NCBI GenBank assembly: GCA_002269645.1
Contig: NIVC01000487.1
Location: forward strand, 186,001-250,000
DNA length: 64,000 bases
Source of the DNA: Macrostomum lignano
Taxonomy: Eukaryota
Reading direction: 5' to 3'
The notes under the pieces: model-generated
Seen by the model: the letters and a program-made list of their open reading frames with translations, nothing else
What the model was told of the DNA's origin: nothing
Database searches by the model: none
Program-made: the position numbers and the translations under genes
In this document: one piece after another, positions 25,975-39,068 of the stretch
Position numbering within the stretch: the stretch's first letter is position 1
Layout of the letters: each line of letters starts with the position of its first letter

Positions 25975-27047
25975 GACAACCACTGTTGTCACTGGTATAT
26001 TGTCACTGGCAACCACTATATTGTCACTGGTATATTGTCACTGACAACCACTATATTGTCACTGGTATATTGTCGCTGGCAACCACTATATTGTCACTGA
26101 CAACCACTATATTGTCACTGGTATATTGTCACTGGCAACCACTATATTGTCACTGACAACCACTATATTGTCACTGGTATATTGTCGCTGACAACCGCTA
26201 TATTGTCACTGACAACCGCTATATTGTCACTGAAAACCACTATATTGTCACTGACAACCACTATATTGTCACTGACAACCACTATATTGTCACTGGCAAC
26301 CACTATATTGTCACTGACAACCCCTATATTGTCACTGACAACCACTATATTGTCACTGGCAACCACTATATTGTCACTGGCAACCACTATATTGTCACTG
26401 ACAACCACTATATTGTCACTGGCAACCACTATATTGTCACTGACAACCACTATATTGTCACTGACAACCACTATATTGTCACTGACAACCCCTATATTGT
26501 CACTGACAACCACTATATTGTCACTGGCAATCACTATATTGTCACTGGCAACCACTATATTGTCACTGGCAACCGCTATATTGTCACTGACAACCACTAT
26601 ATTGTCACTGGCAACCACTATATTGTCACTGACAACCACTATATTGTCACTGACAACCCCTATATTGTCACTGGCAACCGCTATATTGTCACTGGTATAT
26701 TGTCGCTGGCAACCGCTATATTGTCACTGGTATATTGTCGCTGGCAACCACTATATTGTCACTGGCAACCGCTATATTGTCACTGGCAACCGCTATATTG
26801 TCACTGACAACCACTATATTGTCACTGACAACCACTATATTGTAACTGACAACCGCTATATTGTCACTGACAACCACTATATTGTCACTGGCAACCACTA
26901 TATTGTAACTGACAACCGCTATATTGTCACTGACAACCACTATATTGTCACTGGCAACCACTATATTGTAACTGACAACCGCTATATTGTCACTGACAAC
27001 CACTATATTGTCACTGGCAACCACTATATTGTAACTGACAACTATTA
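25975..27047. repeat. 21-bp array (TATATTGTCACTGACAACCAC)n
   Basis: Direct reading; 7-aa periodicity in the spurious ORFs. Confidence 0.95.
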
Positions 27048-27869
27048 AATAGTCTCTGACGAGTACCCTGGCTGCCTTGACAACAACAACAGTGTCCTTA
27101 GCAACCTGGCGCCCCTGCTAATGTGACAAAATTTTAATTTCCACTATTTAATATTTTACACCTCTCAGCTCATAATTCTTCCCATAGAGAAACTTGGCTA
27201 AAAATATTGCATAAGTGTGACGCAACCCGCTCTACATCAACGCCCAGTCTCCCAGTGATGTGGGAGGTTGAACAACATATATTTCTCCGCATTAGTCAAC
27301 AAACGAAACGTGCTATTTCGAGCTAGAGTCATCATAAAATCTTCACATGTAGGCTATATGATAAATGTATAATATCTACATGCTCAATGAATATAGATCC
27401 TGAGAACTCCGTAGAGTATTCAAATGTGCGAAATTGCCTTTGTTGTCCTTGGGACCACCGCCAACCCCAGCGCAGTTAGTTGCCAAGCGCAAGAAGTATA
27501 GAATATTTGCGGACACGCTAAAACAAACCTTCGCACTGCTCAGACCCTCTCGCCTACAGCACAGCCACTCCATCCAATTAAAACTATGTCTTTCTAAGCT
27601 TTCTAAGCTTGTCAATTCATTATCGCACAGGGACCGCGACATGGAGTACTGGAATTTCTATCTAGCTAGATTGAGTCGATATTTTGATGCGAAAAGTATA
27701 GAATTCTCATACCGTTTTCAACAGTAGGAATATTTTCCTTCTCCTACAGATTGCCTTTTTAAGATTCCAATCGCGCTTGGAGCTAAATTGGAAGTCAGTT
27801 TTGAGGACAGAGCAGCTCCATGGTTAACGCATCCGACTCTCCGCGGGTTTGATTTGGTAACCTCACTGC

Positions 27870-29005
27870 CTCTCTAGTTCTCCTCTCCTCTCCCTGCCTC
27901 TCTAGCTCTCCTCTCCTCTCCCTGCCTCTCTAGCTCTCCTCTCCTCTCCCTGCCTCTCTAGTTCTCCTCTCCTCTCCCTGCCTCTCTAGCTCTCCTCTCC
28001 TCTCCCTGCCTCTCTAGTTCTCCTCTCCTCTCCCTGCCTCTCTAGTTTTCCTCTCCCTGCCTCTCTAGTTCTCCTCTCCCTGCCTCTCTAGTTCTCCTCT
28101 CTCTGCCTCTCTAGTTCTCCTCTCCCTGCCTCTCTAGTTCTCCTCTCTATGCCTCTCTAGTTCTCCTCTCCTCTCTCTGCCTCTCTAGTTCTCCTCTCCT
28201 CTCCCTGCCTCTCTAGTTCTCCTCTCCCTGCCTCTCTAGTTCTCCTCTCTCTGCCTCTCTAGTTCTCCTCTCCCTGCCTCTCTAGTTCTCCTCTCCCTGC
28301 CTCTCTAGTTCTCCTCTCTCTGCCTCTCTAGTTCTCCTCTCCCTGCCTCTCTAGTTCTCCTCTCCCTGCCTCTCTAGTTCTCCTCTCCTCTCCCTGCCTC
28401 TCTAGTTCTCCTCTCCTCTCCCTGCCTCTCTAGTTCTCCTCTCCCTGCCTCTCTAGTTCTCCTCTCTCTGCCTCTCTAGTTCTCCTCTCCCTGCCTCTCT
28501 AGTTCTCCTCTCCCTGCCTCTCTAGTTCTCCTCTCTATGCCTCTCTAGTTCTCCTCTCCCTGCCTCTCTAGTTCTCCTCTCCCTGCCTCTCTAGTTCTCC
28601 TCTTCTCTCTCTGCCTCTCTAGTTCTCCTCTCTCTGCCTCTCTAGTTCTCCTCTCTCTGCCTCTCTAGTTCTCCTCTCCCTGCCTCTCTAGTTCTCCTCT
28701 CCCTGCCTCTCTAGTTCTCCTCTCCACTCCCTGCCTCTCTAGTTCTCCTCTCCTCTCCCTGCCTCTCTAGTTCTCCTCTCCTCTCCCTGCCTCTCTGGTT
28801 CTCCTCTCCTCTCTCTGCCTCTCTAGTTCTCCTCTCCTCTCCCTGCCTCTCTAGTTCTCCTCTCCTCTCCCTGCCTCTAGTTCTCCTCTCCTCTCCCTGC
28901 CTCTCTAGTTCTCCTCTCTTCTCCCTGCCTCTCTAGTTCTCTTTCTCCCTCTCTCACTGCCTCTCAAGTTCTCTCTCCCATCTCCCACTCTTCCTCTCTC
29001 CCTAT
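27870..29005. repeat. 20/25-bp pyrimidine array (CTCTCTAGTTCTCCTCTCCCTGC)n
   Basis: Direct reading. Confidence 0.95.
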
Positions 29006-29739
29006 CTCTAGCTTGGAGTCAACCCATGGGCCAACCCCCACGGCACAGAGGGTGTGCATGCCTCTGACATCGAGAAAGCCAGGGCCGCTGAAAGCCACCG
29101 GGAACATATTGTGTGAGCGCGCGTTCAGGGTTCAGAGGAATGGGCACGACTGCTTGCTTCCCGGTGGCTGCGGGTCGACTTGTCGCCTTGATTTGCGGCA
29201 GCACCCAAATTGCCCCCTGCAAAAAAGTCTAAATAGTCAGTTTCCCTGTCCAGATACTTTATTTAGCACTCCCCGGCCGCAGACAATTGCCAGCAGCGCT
29301 TGCGAGACAATAAAAATGCATGTCCAATCTGCCCCCCCCAGCTGAGCCGCCACCCAGCGGGACCCCCCATCTGCCCTTCTCATTGCAATCTGCAAATTGG
29401 CTACTCAAACTCAAATTTGGACAAGCTAAACTTAAAGGCATTGTAAAACTTCTATGCACAATATGGTCCCAAGATTTATGCACCCCTTGGATAGAGATGA
29501 TATTGTGGGGGGGGGGCGGTGGGGTTGGTGAGACAGTTCTCAGAACTTGTCAAATCTAATGTTTAGCTGTCTACTTACTTCAAGGGCTTTACCTCTGTAG
29601 CAGCAACGACGATTTTATCGTTAGACAGGAAAAATTAATTAGCGGATATTAGTTTATTAGGTATAAACTTGCAGAATAATTAAGCTAGGTAATTGGAATA
29701 AATCACTTAGATTTCTCCCTCCATATCTGTATATCTATC

Positions 29740-30050
29740 TAGATTTCCCTAGGTCTTCATAGATCTCTATAGATCTCTCTAGTTCTTCCTAGATCTCTAT
29801 AGATCTCTCTAGATCTTTCTAGATCTCTATAGATCTCTCTAGGTCTTCCTAGATCTCTATAGATCTCTCTAGATCTTCCTAAATCTCTCTAGATCTCCCT
29901 AGATCTCTCTAGATTTCTCTAGATCTCTCTAGGTCTTCCTAAATCTTCCTAGATCCCCCCAGGTCTTTTTAGATCTTCCTAGATCTCTCTAGATTTCTCC
30001 AGATCTCTCCAGGTCTTTCTAGATCTCTCTAGATCTCCCTAGATCTCTCT
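29740..30050. repeat. 10-bp array (AGATCTCTCT)n
   Basis: Direct reading. Confidence 0.9.
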
Positions 30051-30865
30051 CATGCCTCATCAGATTTTCTATTTCTAGGCCACACCCTAAATCTCTTAAA
30101 TTCTTTTTTCTCCATCTCTAGACGTCGCTAGATCTCATGCTAGGTTTTTAGACTTTTCTCAATACATAAAATATTTACTCTTTAGATTTTCTATAGATGC
30201 TGGCTAAATAATTCATTGGCCAACTACCATTCGAGAATATATTGATTTCAACTAAGTGTATTTTTAAGCCTCTTGGCGTGTGTGGCATCTACAGCAGAGA
30301 AGGCGTAAATTTACTTGGGAATTGAGACTCTTCAACCAATTTTCTCCATTTAGCCAAATAAAATCTCAGAGACACTTCATCGGGCACTTTGAGTGGTGAG
30401 AAAATTTTCAGCAAATTACTGCAACTCGACTCTGAAGGACTGACTAATGTCATTTGTTGGCTGAGGAAATTCACTCATCTAGTCTGGGACAGCGGGTCTG
30501 GGCAGCATTAGGTCACACTACTACATATAGATGATGTTCGAGAGGCACTTTGCCAAGGCTTAGGGATGTCACTAGCTACAGTATACCTCTAGCTGGCACA
30601 AATGGATACACAAATCAGTCAGTCACTGGCCAGCTTTGGAAATTAGGGATTACGCAACGTTGCAGAATGGATTAGGCAATCTCGGCTAAGAAAGCAGTAA
30701 CTAAGAGAGAGGGCAAATACTGTTGCTTTTCTGGTGGAATTTTCTGCAGGAAGATTGGCAGTCTGAGGGAAGGAGCAGCACTAATTGATTTGGCGGCAAA
30801 CTTCCCGTCAGCACCAGCAGGCTTTAGTTATACTGCAGTGCCGGTATTTCTGGATGTTTCAGTCA

Positions 30866-32435
30866 GCTCACTCAGCTCCGCAACCATTAGGATCCGCTCA
30901 CTCAGCTCCGCAACCATTAGGATCCGCTCACTCAGCTCACTCAGCTCCGCAACCATTAGGATCCGCTCACTCAGCTCCGCAACCATTAGGATCCGCTCAC
31001 TCAGCTCCGCAACCATTAGGATCTTCACAGATCTTCTCACTCAGCTCCGCAACCATTAGGATCCGCTCACTCAGCTCCGCAACCATTAGGACCCACTCAC
31101 TCAGCTCCGCAACCATTATGACCCACTCACTCAGCTCCGCAACCATTAGGACCCACTCACTCAGCTCCGCAACCATTATGACCCACTCACTCAGCTCCGC
31201 AACCATTAGGACCCGCCTCACTCAGCTCCGCAACCATCAGAATCGCCTCACTCAGCTTCGCAACCATCAGAATCGCCTCACTCAGCTCAACAACCATCAG
31301 AATCGCCTCACTCAGCTCAACAACCATCAGAATCGCCTCACTCAGCTCAACAACCATCAGAATCGCCTCACTCAGCTCAACAACCATCAGAATCGCCTCA
31401 CTCAGCTCAACAACCATCAGAATCGCCTCACTCAGCTCAACAACCATCAGAATCGCCTCACTCAGCTCAACAACCATCAGAATCGCCTCACTCAGCTCAA
31501 CAACCATCAGAATCGCCTCACTCAGCTCAACAACCATCAGAATCGCCTCACTCAGCTCAACAACCATCAGAATCGCCTCACTCAGCTCAACAACCATCAG
31601 AATCGCCTCACTCAGCTCAACAACCATCAGAATCGCCTCACTCAGCTCAACAACCATCAGAATCGCCTCACTCAGCTCAACAACCATCAGAATCGCCTCA
31701 CTCAGCTCAACAACCATCAGAATCGCCTCACTCAGCTCAACAACCATCAGAATCGCCTCACTCAGCTCAACAACCATCAGAATTGCCTCACTCAGCTCAA
31801 CAACCATCAGAATTGCCTCACTCAGCTCAACAACCATCAGAATTGCCTCACTCAGCTCAACAACCATCAGAATTGCCTCACTCAGCTCAACAACCATCAG
31901 AATCGCCTCACTCAGCTCAACAACCATCAGAATTGCCTCACTCAGCTCCGCAACCATCAGAATCGCCTCACTCAGCTCAACAACCATCAGAATCGCCTCA
32001 CTCAGCTCAACAACCATCAGAATCGCCTCACTCAGCTCAACAACCATCAGAATTGCCTCACTCAGCTCAACAACCATCAGAATTGCCTCACTCAGCTCCG
32101 CAACCATCAGAATCGCCTCACTCAGCTCAACAACCATCAGAATTGCCTCACTCAGCTCCGCAACCATCAGAATCGCCTCACTCAGCTCAACAACCATCAG
32201 AATCGCCTCACTCAGCTCAACAACCATCAGAATCGCCTCACTCAGCTCAACAACCATCAGAATCGCCTCACTCAGCTCAACAACCATCAGAATCGCCTCA
32301 CTCAGCTCAACAACCATCAGAATCGCCTCACTCAGCTCAACAACCATCAGAATCGCCTCACTCAGCTCAACAACCATTAGGACCCACTCACTCAGCTTCG
32401 CAACCATCAGAATCGCCTCGCTCAGCTCAACAACC
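30866..32435. repeat. 30-bp array (CACTCAGCTCAACAACCATCAGAATCGCCT)n with a variant left subarray
   Basis: Direct reading; source of the spurious 531-aa and 416-aa ORFs. Confidence 0.95.
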
Positions 32436-33568
32436 ATTGGGACTTACCCACAATAGAGACGTAAAAACAAAGCACTGATAACTTACCGGCTTGAAAAAGT
32501 AAAGACGCCACCAGACGCAGAAAGATCTAGTAGACAAGAAGTCACAATGTTAGAATTGTAAACTGTCGAAGCAGATTATTTTTAATAATTTTTTTCCTTC
32601 CCGCAGTTCTTACTCTGCTTTCTGGACGCTTAAAGGTGTAGCCTCTATAGAGAGAGAGATAGGGTGGAGAAGGACTGAATAGGTGAGAGTGGCTGTTGGG
32701 CGGAAAGGCAGCTTGAGCGAAGCAAAACTCAAATCTATGAGCCCCTTTAGTGTGTGTGTGTGGGCCCGCCTCTATTCAGGTCTGAATTGTTCTGCCGTCG
32801 GCAAGTCCACAGAGAGAATGACAGAATTAGCTACTATTTATGAACTACTGCCAGAGTATTCAGCAGCTTACGGGTGCGCTGAGTGAGAGTTTTACAGAAT
32901 TTGCCAACGCTTTTCTGGTTAGCGAGCGCTTCTTCTCTTCAACCTCCCCCCCGCTCTTATGATTGGACTCGGCCTGGAAGGCCAACCAAGCGAACCAGCA
33001 GAGTCCCGGTTCATGGGCTATTATAGACTGAATCTGGACAACTTTTGGCCACGGAAGGTGGACTTTCTGGTAGATCTAGCCCCCCTCCCCTCGATGGTGC
33101 CCCCTGATGGAGCCCTTGAGCTTGCTTCATCACCACTTGCACACAATCTAGCGTTGTAAATCTGGAAAATTTCATATACAGGCACTTTATAGAAATAGCT
33201 CCAGTCCAGACTTATAAGTTTGAGTAGTCCCTGGCTGTCTGTCAGCCACACCGACACCCAGATAGAATGAACTCGCTGGCGCAGTACCAATGACAGCATT
33301 GAATGTAAAAACAAATTCTTTTAGTTGTCTCTTGTCTCTTGTCTATTCATTCAAACTAATTTATCATCTGAAAGTAGCTTTCACTTCTGCGGGGCCTCAA
33401 AGGCTCAGACACAATGGCAGGTAAGAAGACCTTGTAGTCAGTTTCCGCTCCAGTGGGTTAGCAGGATAAATTTTTGCGAGAATGTGCAAAACTGTTTTAT
33501 CATTTATATTGTTTGAGAATCCAGCCAGTTTGCCTTTGACGACCTACCGGGTGTTTCGTGAGAACTTC

Positions 33569-34000
33569 GGCCAGGGGGTATCTTTCCGAGAATCTATGGG
33601 TATTGTAATAATAATCTAGGCCAGGGGGGATCTTTTCGAGAATCTATGGGTATTGTAATAATAATCTAGGCCAGGGGGGATCTTTTCGAGAATCTATGGG
33701 TATTGTAATAAGAATCTAGGCCAGGGGGTATCTTTTCGAGAATCTATGGGTATTGTAATAATAATCTAGGCCAGGGGGTATCTTTTCGAGAATCTATGGG
33801 TATTGTAATAATAATCTAGGCCAGGGGGTATCTTTTCGAGAATCTATGGGTATTGTAATAAAAATCTTGGCCAGGGGGTATCTTTTTGAGAATCTATGGG
33901 TATTGTAATAAAAATCTAGGCCAGGGGGTATCTTTTTGAGAATCTATGGGTATTGTAATAAAAATCTTGGCCAGGGGGTATCTTTTCGAGAATCTATGGG
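33569..34000. repeat. 50-bp array (GGCCAGGGGGTATCTTTTCGAGAATCTATGGGTATTGTAATAATAATCTA)x~9
   Basis: Direct reading; period of 50. Confidence 0.95.
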
Positions 34001-34096
34001 TGTTTTGATGAGATCGATCGATATTTTCAAATATAGGTTATGGTAGGCAAAGTTTCTTAAATAATTTTAGCGAATTATCATGTCTCACTCTACCCT

Positions 34097-34468
34097 GGGT
34101 ATTCTAACGAGTCAGGGAGGGTATTCTCCTGGGTCAGGGAGGGTATTCTACTGGGTCAGGGAGGGTATTCTCCTGGGTCAGGGAGGGTATTCTACTGGGT
34201 CAGGGAGGGTATTCTACTGGGTAAGGAAGGGTATTCTCCTGGGTCAGGGAGGGTATTCTACTGGGTCAGGGAGGGTATTCTACTGGGTCAGGGAGGGTAT
34301 TCTCCTGGGTCAGGGAGGGTATTCTACTGGGTCAGGGAGGGTATTCTCCTGGGTCAGGGAGGGTATTCTCCTGGGTCAGGGAGGGTATTCTCCTGGGTCA
34401 GGGAGGGTATTCTACTGGGTCAGGGAGGGTATTCTCCTGGGTCAGGGAGGGTATTCTCCTGGGTCAGG
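34097..34468. repeat. 22-bp G-rich array (GGGTCAGGGAGGGTATTCTCCT)n
   Basis: Direct reading. Confidence 0.95.
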
Positions 34469-36119
34469 GTCAGTAATTTTCATGAAACAGCTGGTTAAAA
34501 AGAAACAGGTACAAAGTAACAACAAATAACGGCATTAAGATTGCTAGTGTCTTGATCAAAATGAAATCGTGCAAAGGAAATTAATATAAGCTTATAGTTT
34601 TGTATATATTTATTTGAAAAAAAGTTTTTTTGGATAAACAAATAACAGAAAGAAACAGAAGTAAAAAAGCAGATGAATCAACGCACTGAAGCAATCGCAT
34701 AAGAAATTAACAATCAACAGTTGTAGCGCGAGTGAATGGGACAAGTTTTGAGGGAATTAAAGGGGATAACCGTATCCAAAATACCGGCTGAGTTCAAGTT
34801 CGCCAAACAAAGTTAATCGAATTCGCCAAACAAACACAAAATTTGGTTTGAATTTGCGCTGTAAAGTAATGCAGTCTCAGTTCTATCTCTGGGATAAGAA
34901 AAGGAAAAGTAAAAAACTCAAATGATCAATCTACGAATCAGTCAGCCTCTTTAAGAAAACTGTTAATAAACTATATAATATTTGCTACAATCGTAGTCGA
35001 AGAAAAAGAAAGAAGAAGCAAAGCAACAAGTGCCAGAAATAAGAAGTACAGAGAAAACACATAGCCAGATTATAATTAATTCAAATTTAAACAATAAACA
35101 AGTTAGTTATAACTTTTACTGTGAAACATAAATACATATTGCTAGAAGGAATATTAAAAAAGAAATGAAAAAATACTAAAAGACAAGTATTAAAAAGGAC
35201 ATATTGTACTCTAATAGCTGACAATGGATGCCACATCACGTCAGTTAATAAGAATGACAGTTTCCAATCGAAATACGCAGATCAAATATTATCTCTTGCC
35301 AAGGTAGAAAAATCTGCTTTCTAAAGCTAATAATTTAGTATCGATAATGCGATAATTATTGAGGAATAATTATCTAATCAAGCGCCTTTGAGTCGAAAAA
35401 AATTTGCAGTATAAAAAACAAGCATAATAAAAATAACAAAAAAGAAAAACTCTATCCCTGCTGCTCCTACTCGGCACCGCAAAATACTACTAACCGAAGT
35501 AATTTAGTAAGTAGTGTACTGCAGGCAAAATATTTGTTTAGCGTTGAATTTATAAAGTTGGCTGTGTTAATACAGTCGATGCTAGCTGTTAATAAATAGA
35601 GACATGACATTTCAAGTTAACCGAGAAAGAGATTCAAACAAGCAGCTCCGGCAACTGTAACGGGCAATGTTATAATTGTGAAACAATTCGCTATTGAACT
35701 TTATCGTACAACTATTCTGGGAGAACCCGAACGATAAGAGAGGACACGAAACCAAACAAATAGTTGTTGAACCGCGGGTTAATCGATTGCAGAAGTGACA
35801 ATATCAAATAAATGAATCTTATTAGTCAACAAATTAAAAAATAATAGACAAGTAAATGAAATTAATAAATAAACAATATACACACAAAATAAAACACGGC
35901 AATTAAAATTACACATGCAAAATCTAATCGAGTGTAAAGAAAATGTTGTGATTATATTATGAAAAAAATGCAACAAAAATAACATTTTATAGGAATTTTG
36001 CGATTAATTGCGGCCACAAAATGACCGCATTCCGCTTCTGGTAATTGTTGACAGTGCGTTGCTTGGCAATAAATTATCTGTTTTTGATTCGTTTGTGCAA
36101 TTGTACTTTTGTAGCTCAC

Positions 36120-36710
36120 TGGGTGGAGTGAGGTGGCTGGCGGGGTGGCTGGCAGGGTGGCTGGCGGGGTGGCTGGCGGAGTGAGGTGGCTGGTGGAGTG
36201 AGGTGGCTGGTGGAGTGAGGTGGCTGGTGGAGTGAGGTGGCTGGCGGAGTGAGGTGGCTGGTGGAGTGAGGTGGCTGGTGGAGTGAGGTGGCTGGCGGAG
36301 TGAGGTGGCTGGCGGGGTGGCTGGCAGAGTGAGGTGGCTGGCGGGGTGGCTGGCGGAGTGAGGTGGCTGGTGGAGTGAGGTGGCTGGTGGAGTGAGGTGG
36401 CTGGTGGAGTGAGGTGGCTGGTGGAGTGAGGTGGCTGGTGGAGTGAGGTGGCTGGTGGAGTGAGGTGGCTGGTGGAGTGAGGTGGCTGGTGGAGTGAGGT
36501 GGCTGGTGGAGTGAGGTGGCTGGTGGAGTGAGGTGGCTGGCGGGGTGGCTGGCGGAGTGAGGTGGCTGGCGGGGTGGCTGGCGGAGTGAGGTGGCTGGTG
36601 GAGTGAGATGGCTGGCGGAGTGAGGTGGCTGGCGGGGTGACTGGTGGAGTGAGGTGGCTGGCGGAGTGGGGTGGCTGGTGGAATGATGTGGCTGGCGGAG
36701 TGAAATGGCT
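36120..36710. repeat. 17-bp G-rich array (GGAGTGAGGTGGCTGGT)n with 12-bp variants
   Basis: Direct reading. Confidence 0.95.
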
Positions 36711-37510
36711 GATAGCAGCGATTCCAGTGGGTGGATAAAAGTAACTGCAACCGCATATTGCAACTTTTAGCAGAAGCAGAACAATGGATATGGCGGATGG
36801 AGATAACAAAGGACTAGACAAAAAAAATCATAAGTATGGCCAGAACTTTGCCTACATTTTTCGAGTACAAAGCCAGAAATTCATTGAAAAACGGTCGAAA
36901 ACGAAGCGCAAAAGTGCTAAATCAAAGAGTTAGGCGGGATAAATCAAAGACAAACTGAAAATATCGTATAAAAACGCTAGTTAAATATTGTTTATGAAAA
37001 ATATGAAGTTATATAATACCGAAAGAAGTACACGAGGAACCTCTGGATCAGATATACAAAAGGAAAATCAATTAGCTATAAAGATAAGATATAGCAATTA
37101 TAAATTTGGTGAGTGTCAGTTGAAGAAAGCTAAAAATCATACAGATTAAAGCATAACAAACAGTTTTTTACGCGTTAGAAAAATTGATAAACCAACCACA
37201 GCTGTACTATAAGAGATCGAGCAGAAAATCAAAGGCTACATGGATGAAAATTATTATTGTCTAAATAATCTCTAAGCATTGTATTATAATAAACAAATAG
37301 GAGATTGGCAAACCGAACAAAATAAAAAAGTGAATACCCACGGTAAATTTGCTATTGCTATTGCATAAGGGCCGCGAATTCGTTACAATATGCTGAAGAG
37401 TTGCCCTTAAAAAGGCCGTTTTTTTTAAATTTATGTAAAATTTATAGTTTTTTCCTCACAGCTAATTTTTGCTTTTTTACTTGCACTAATTGATTACACC
37501 TGCTACAATT

Positions 37511-37787
37511 TGGCCAGATGTGCAACCGACAGCTCAGCCGCAGCTATTGCGCGGCGCATCTGAATGCTGCGTACGGCTGTTCAGTCCAAGGACTGGGGGG
37601 GGGGTCGCCACACACAGCCTCAATTATCCCAGCTAATGCTGGCAGCCATTTTACAGCTGGGTGAACTGAAGCAATGCAGAGTTAAGTGTCTTACTCAAGG
37701 ACACAAATTGTTCCAGTGGGATCGGGAATCGAACCCCCGACCTTCCAGTCGTGAGTCCGACGCTCTAACCACGAGGCTACAACCTGC
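37511..37787 (-). mobile_element. tRNA-derived CORE-like SINE, near full-length copy
   Basis: The minus strand has an A-box-like TAGCCTCGTGG and a B-box GGTTCGATTCC, then TGTGTCCTTGAGTAAGACACTTAAC...CAGCTGTAAAATGG. It shares ~240 bp with 16960-17205. Confidence 0.8.
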
Positions 37788-39016
37788 TTTTGCACAAAAA
37801 TTCATATTATTAATTCATTATTTTAATTTTGACGCCCATGCGTCGGTATTAGTGCGTGTTCTTAAAAGGGCCGTTTTTAAGAACATAGCAATATTTAGCT
37901 CTGAGCAGCCCCTGAGTGGCATCAACAAAAAAAAATTAGCTGGTAGGAAAGCGAATTTAATTGAAAATAAAACAAAAAAACAGATTATTGAAAAAAAAAA
38001 TAAAAAAAAATACTTTTTGTTCTTGTAAAGCTACACTGAACCAGCTAATATAGAATGTAGGATGGAAGGCAAAGAACAAAATAGCAAGTAAATAGAACAA
38101 GCCAACTGTAAAAAACAGAGATTATGTTTTAATGTTTCATTAACTTTCATAACAGAAACAGCAAATCAGATAGGAGTATCGAACCGGGCTTCTGCAATCC
38201 AAGCACAACAGCTTCGGCTTGTCTCCAATAAATTTAATTGATCGCTACATTGGCTAGCGGCAGTTGAAACACAATTATTTATCAACATATTTTTGGATAG
38301 CCTGTGCGCTGTCAGTTAGCAAGAAAATCTATGCAATAAACTAAATTGTATGGAACGCTGACAAACTACTGTTAGTAGCTAAGTGACGCATTTTAATCGA
38401 GGTTTTTTTTAGAAAAAAGAACTGTATTATCATATTATAAAGTATGCACAGAGGGCTGTGCCAATAGCCAGGGTAAGCTAAGTAGGTCGCAAATAGAAAG
38501 AGCGTAGAAACCAGAAGGTAATTAAAAATTCAATATAACAATAAATTGCATTTCATCTTGAAAGCAAAGTAAACATGTTTTAAATAATATTGTATCAAAC
38601 GGGTGCCAATAGAAAAAATACAAATTGAAACGGTTATTGTCTGTCTATACTACTGGCAGTAGCAGTAGTAGTAGTAGTAGTAGAAAAATACATTAAATTC
38701 ATGGCAGAAAGGAGCCAAATTAATTAGAAAAATAATCCGTAAAAATTAATTTAAAAAAGTAACAAATTATAAAATAAAATTAAAACAAATCAAAACGATC
38801 GGATACGGGAGGCTACAAACCAGCAGATTAAAAAAATAACAGCAATTCACAACAGATAAGTTTATAACACAAACTGAATAGCTAATTTAGGAATATAAAA
38901 ACATCAAGACAGGCAGGCAAACAAAAAACAAAAGAACTCGTCACTTTCCTCTTCGAAATCATGCCAGAGTACTTCTTTAACTTAAAGTTCCTTGATAATT
39001 GAATAACATTTTCTTT

Positions 39017-39037
39017 CTACTCCTGCTTCTGCTCCTG

Positions 39038-39068
<31 letters not shown>

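Larger units (their letters stand above)
29012..33577 (+). other. Putative unresolved multi-exon gene or pseudogene of unknown function; candidate exons 29012..29112, 30269..30395, 30750..30843, 32607..32635, 32780..32882, 33529..33577
   Basis: Short open segments flanked by AG/GT sites. Four of the five junctions are in phase; 30843->32607 is not. No recognisable homology. Competing minus-strand candidates exist. Confidence 0.3.

Noticed and set aside
30785-32437. 531-aa and 416-aa ORFs (RLTQLNNHQN / MVVELSEAIL repeats)
   Set aside because: Pure translations of a stop-free 30-bp minisatellite, open on both strands, with no unique domain.
37715-37787. tRNA gene-like sequence with A/B boxes
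   Set aside because: It is the head of a SINE, continuous with the CORE-like body; no proper acceptor stem.
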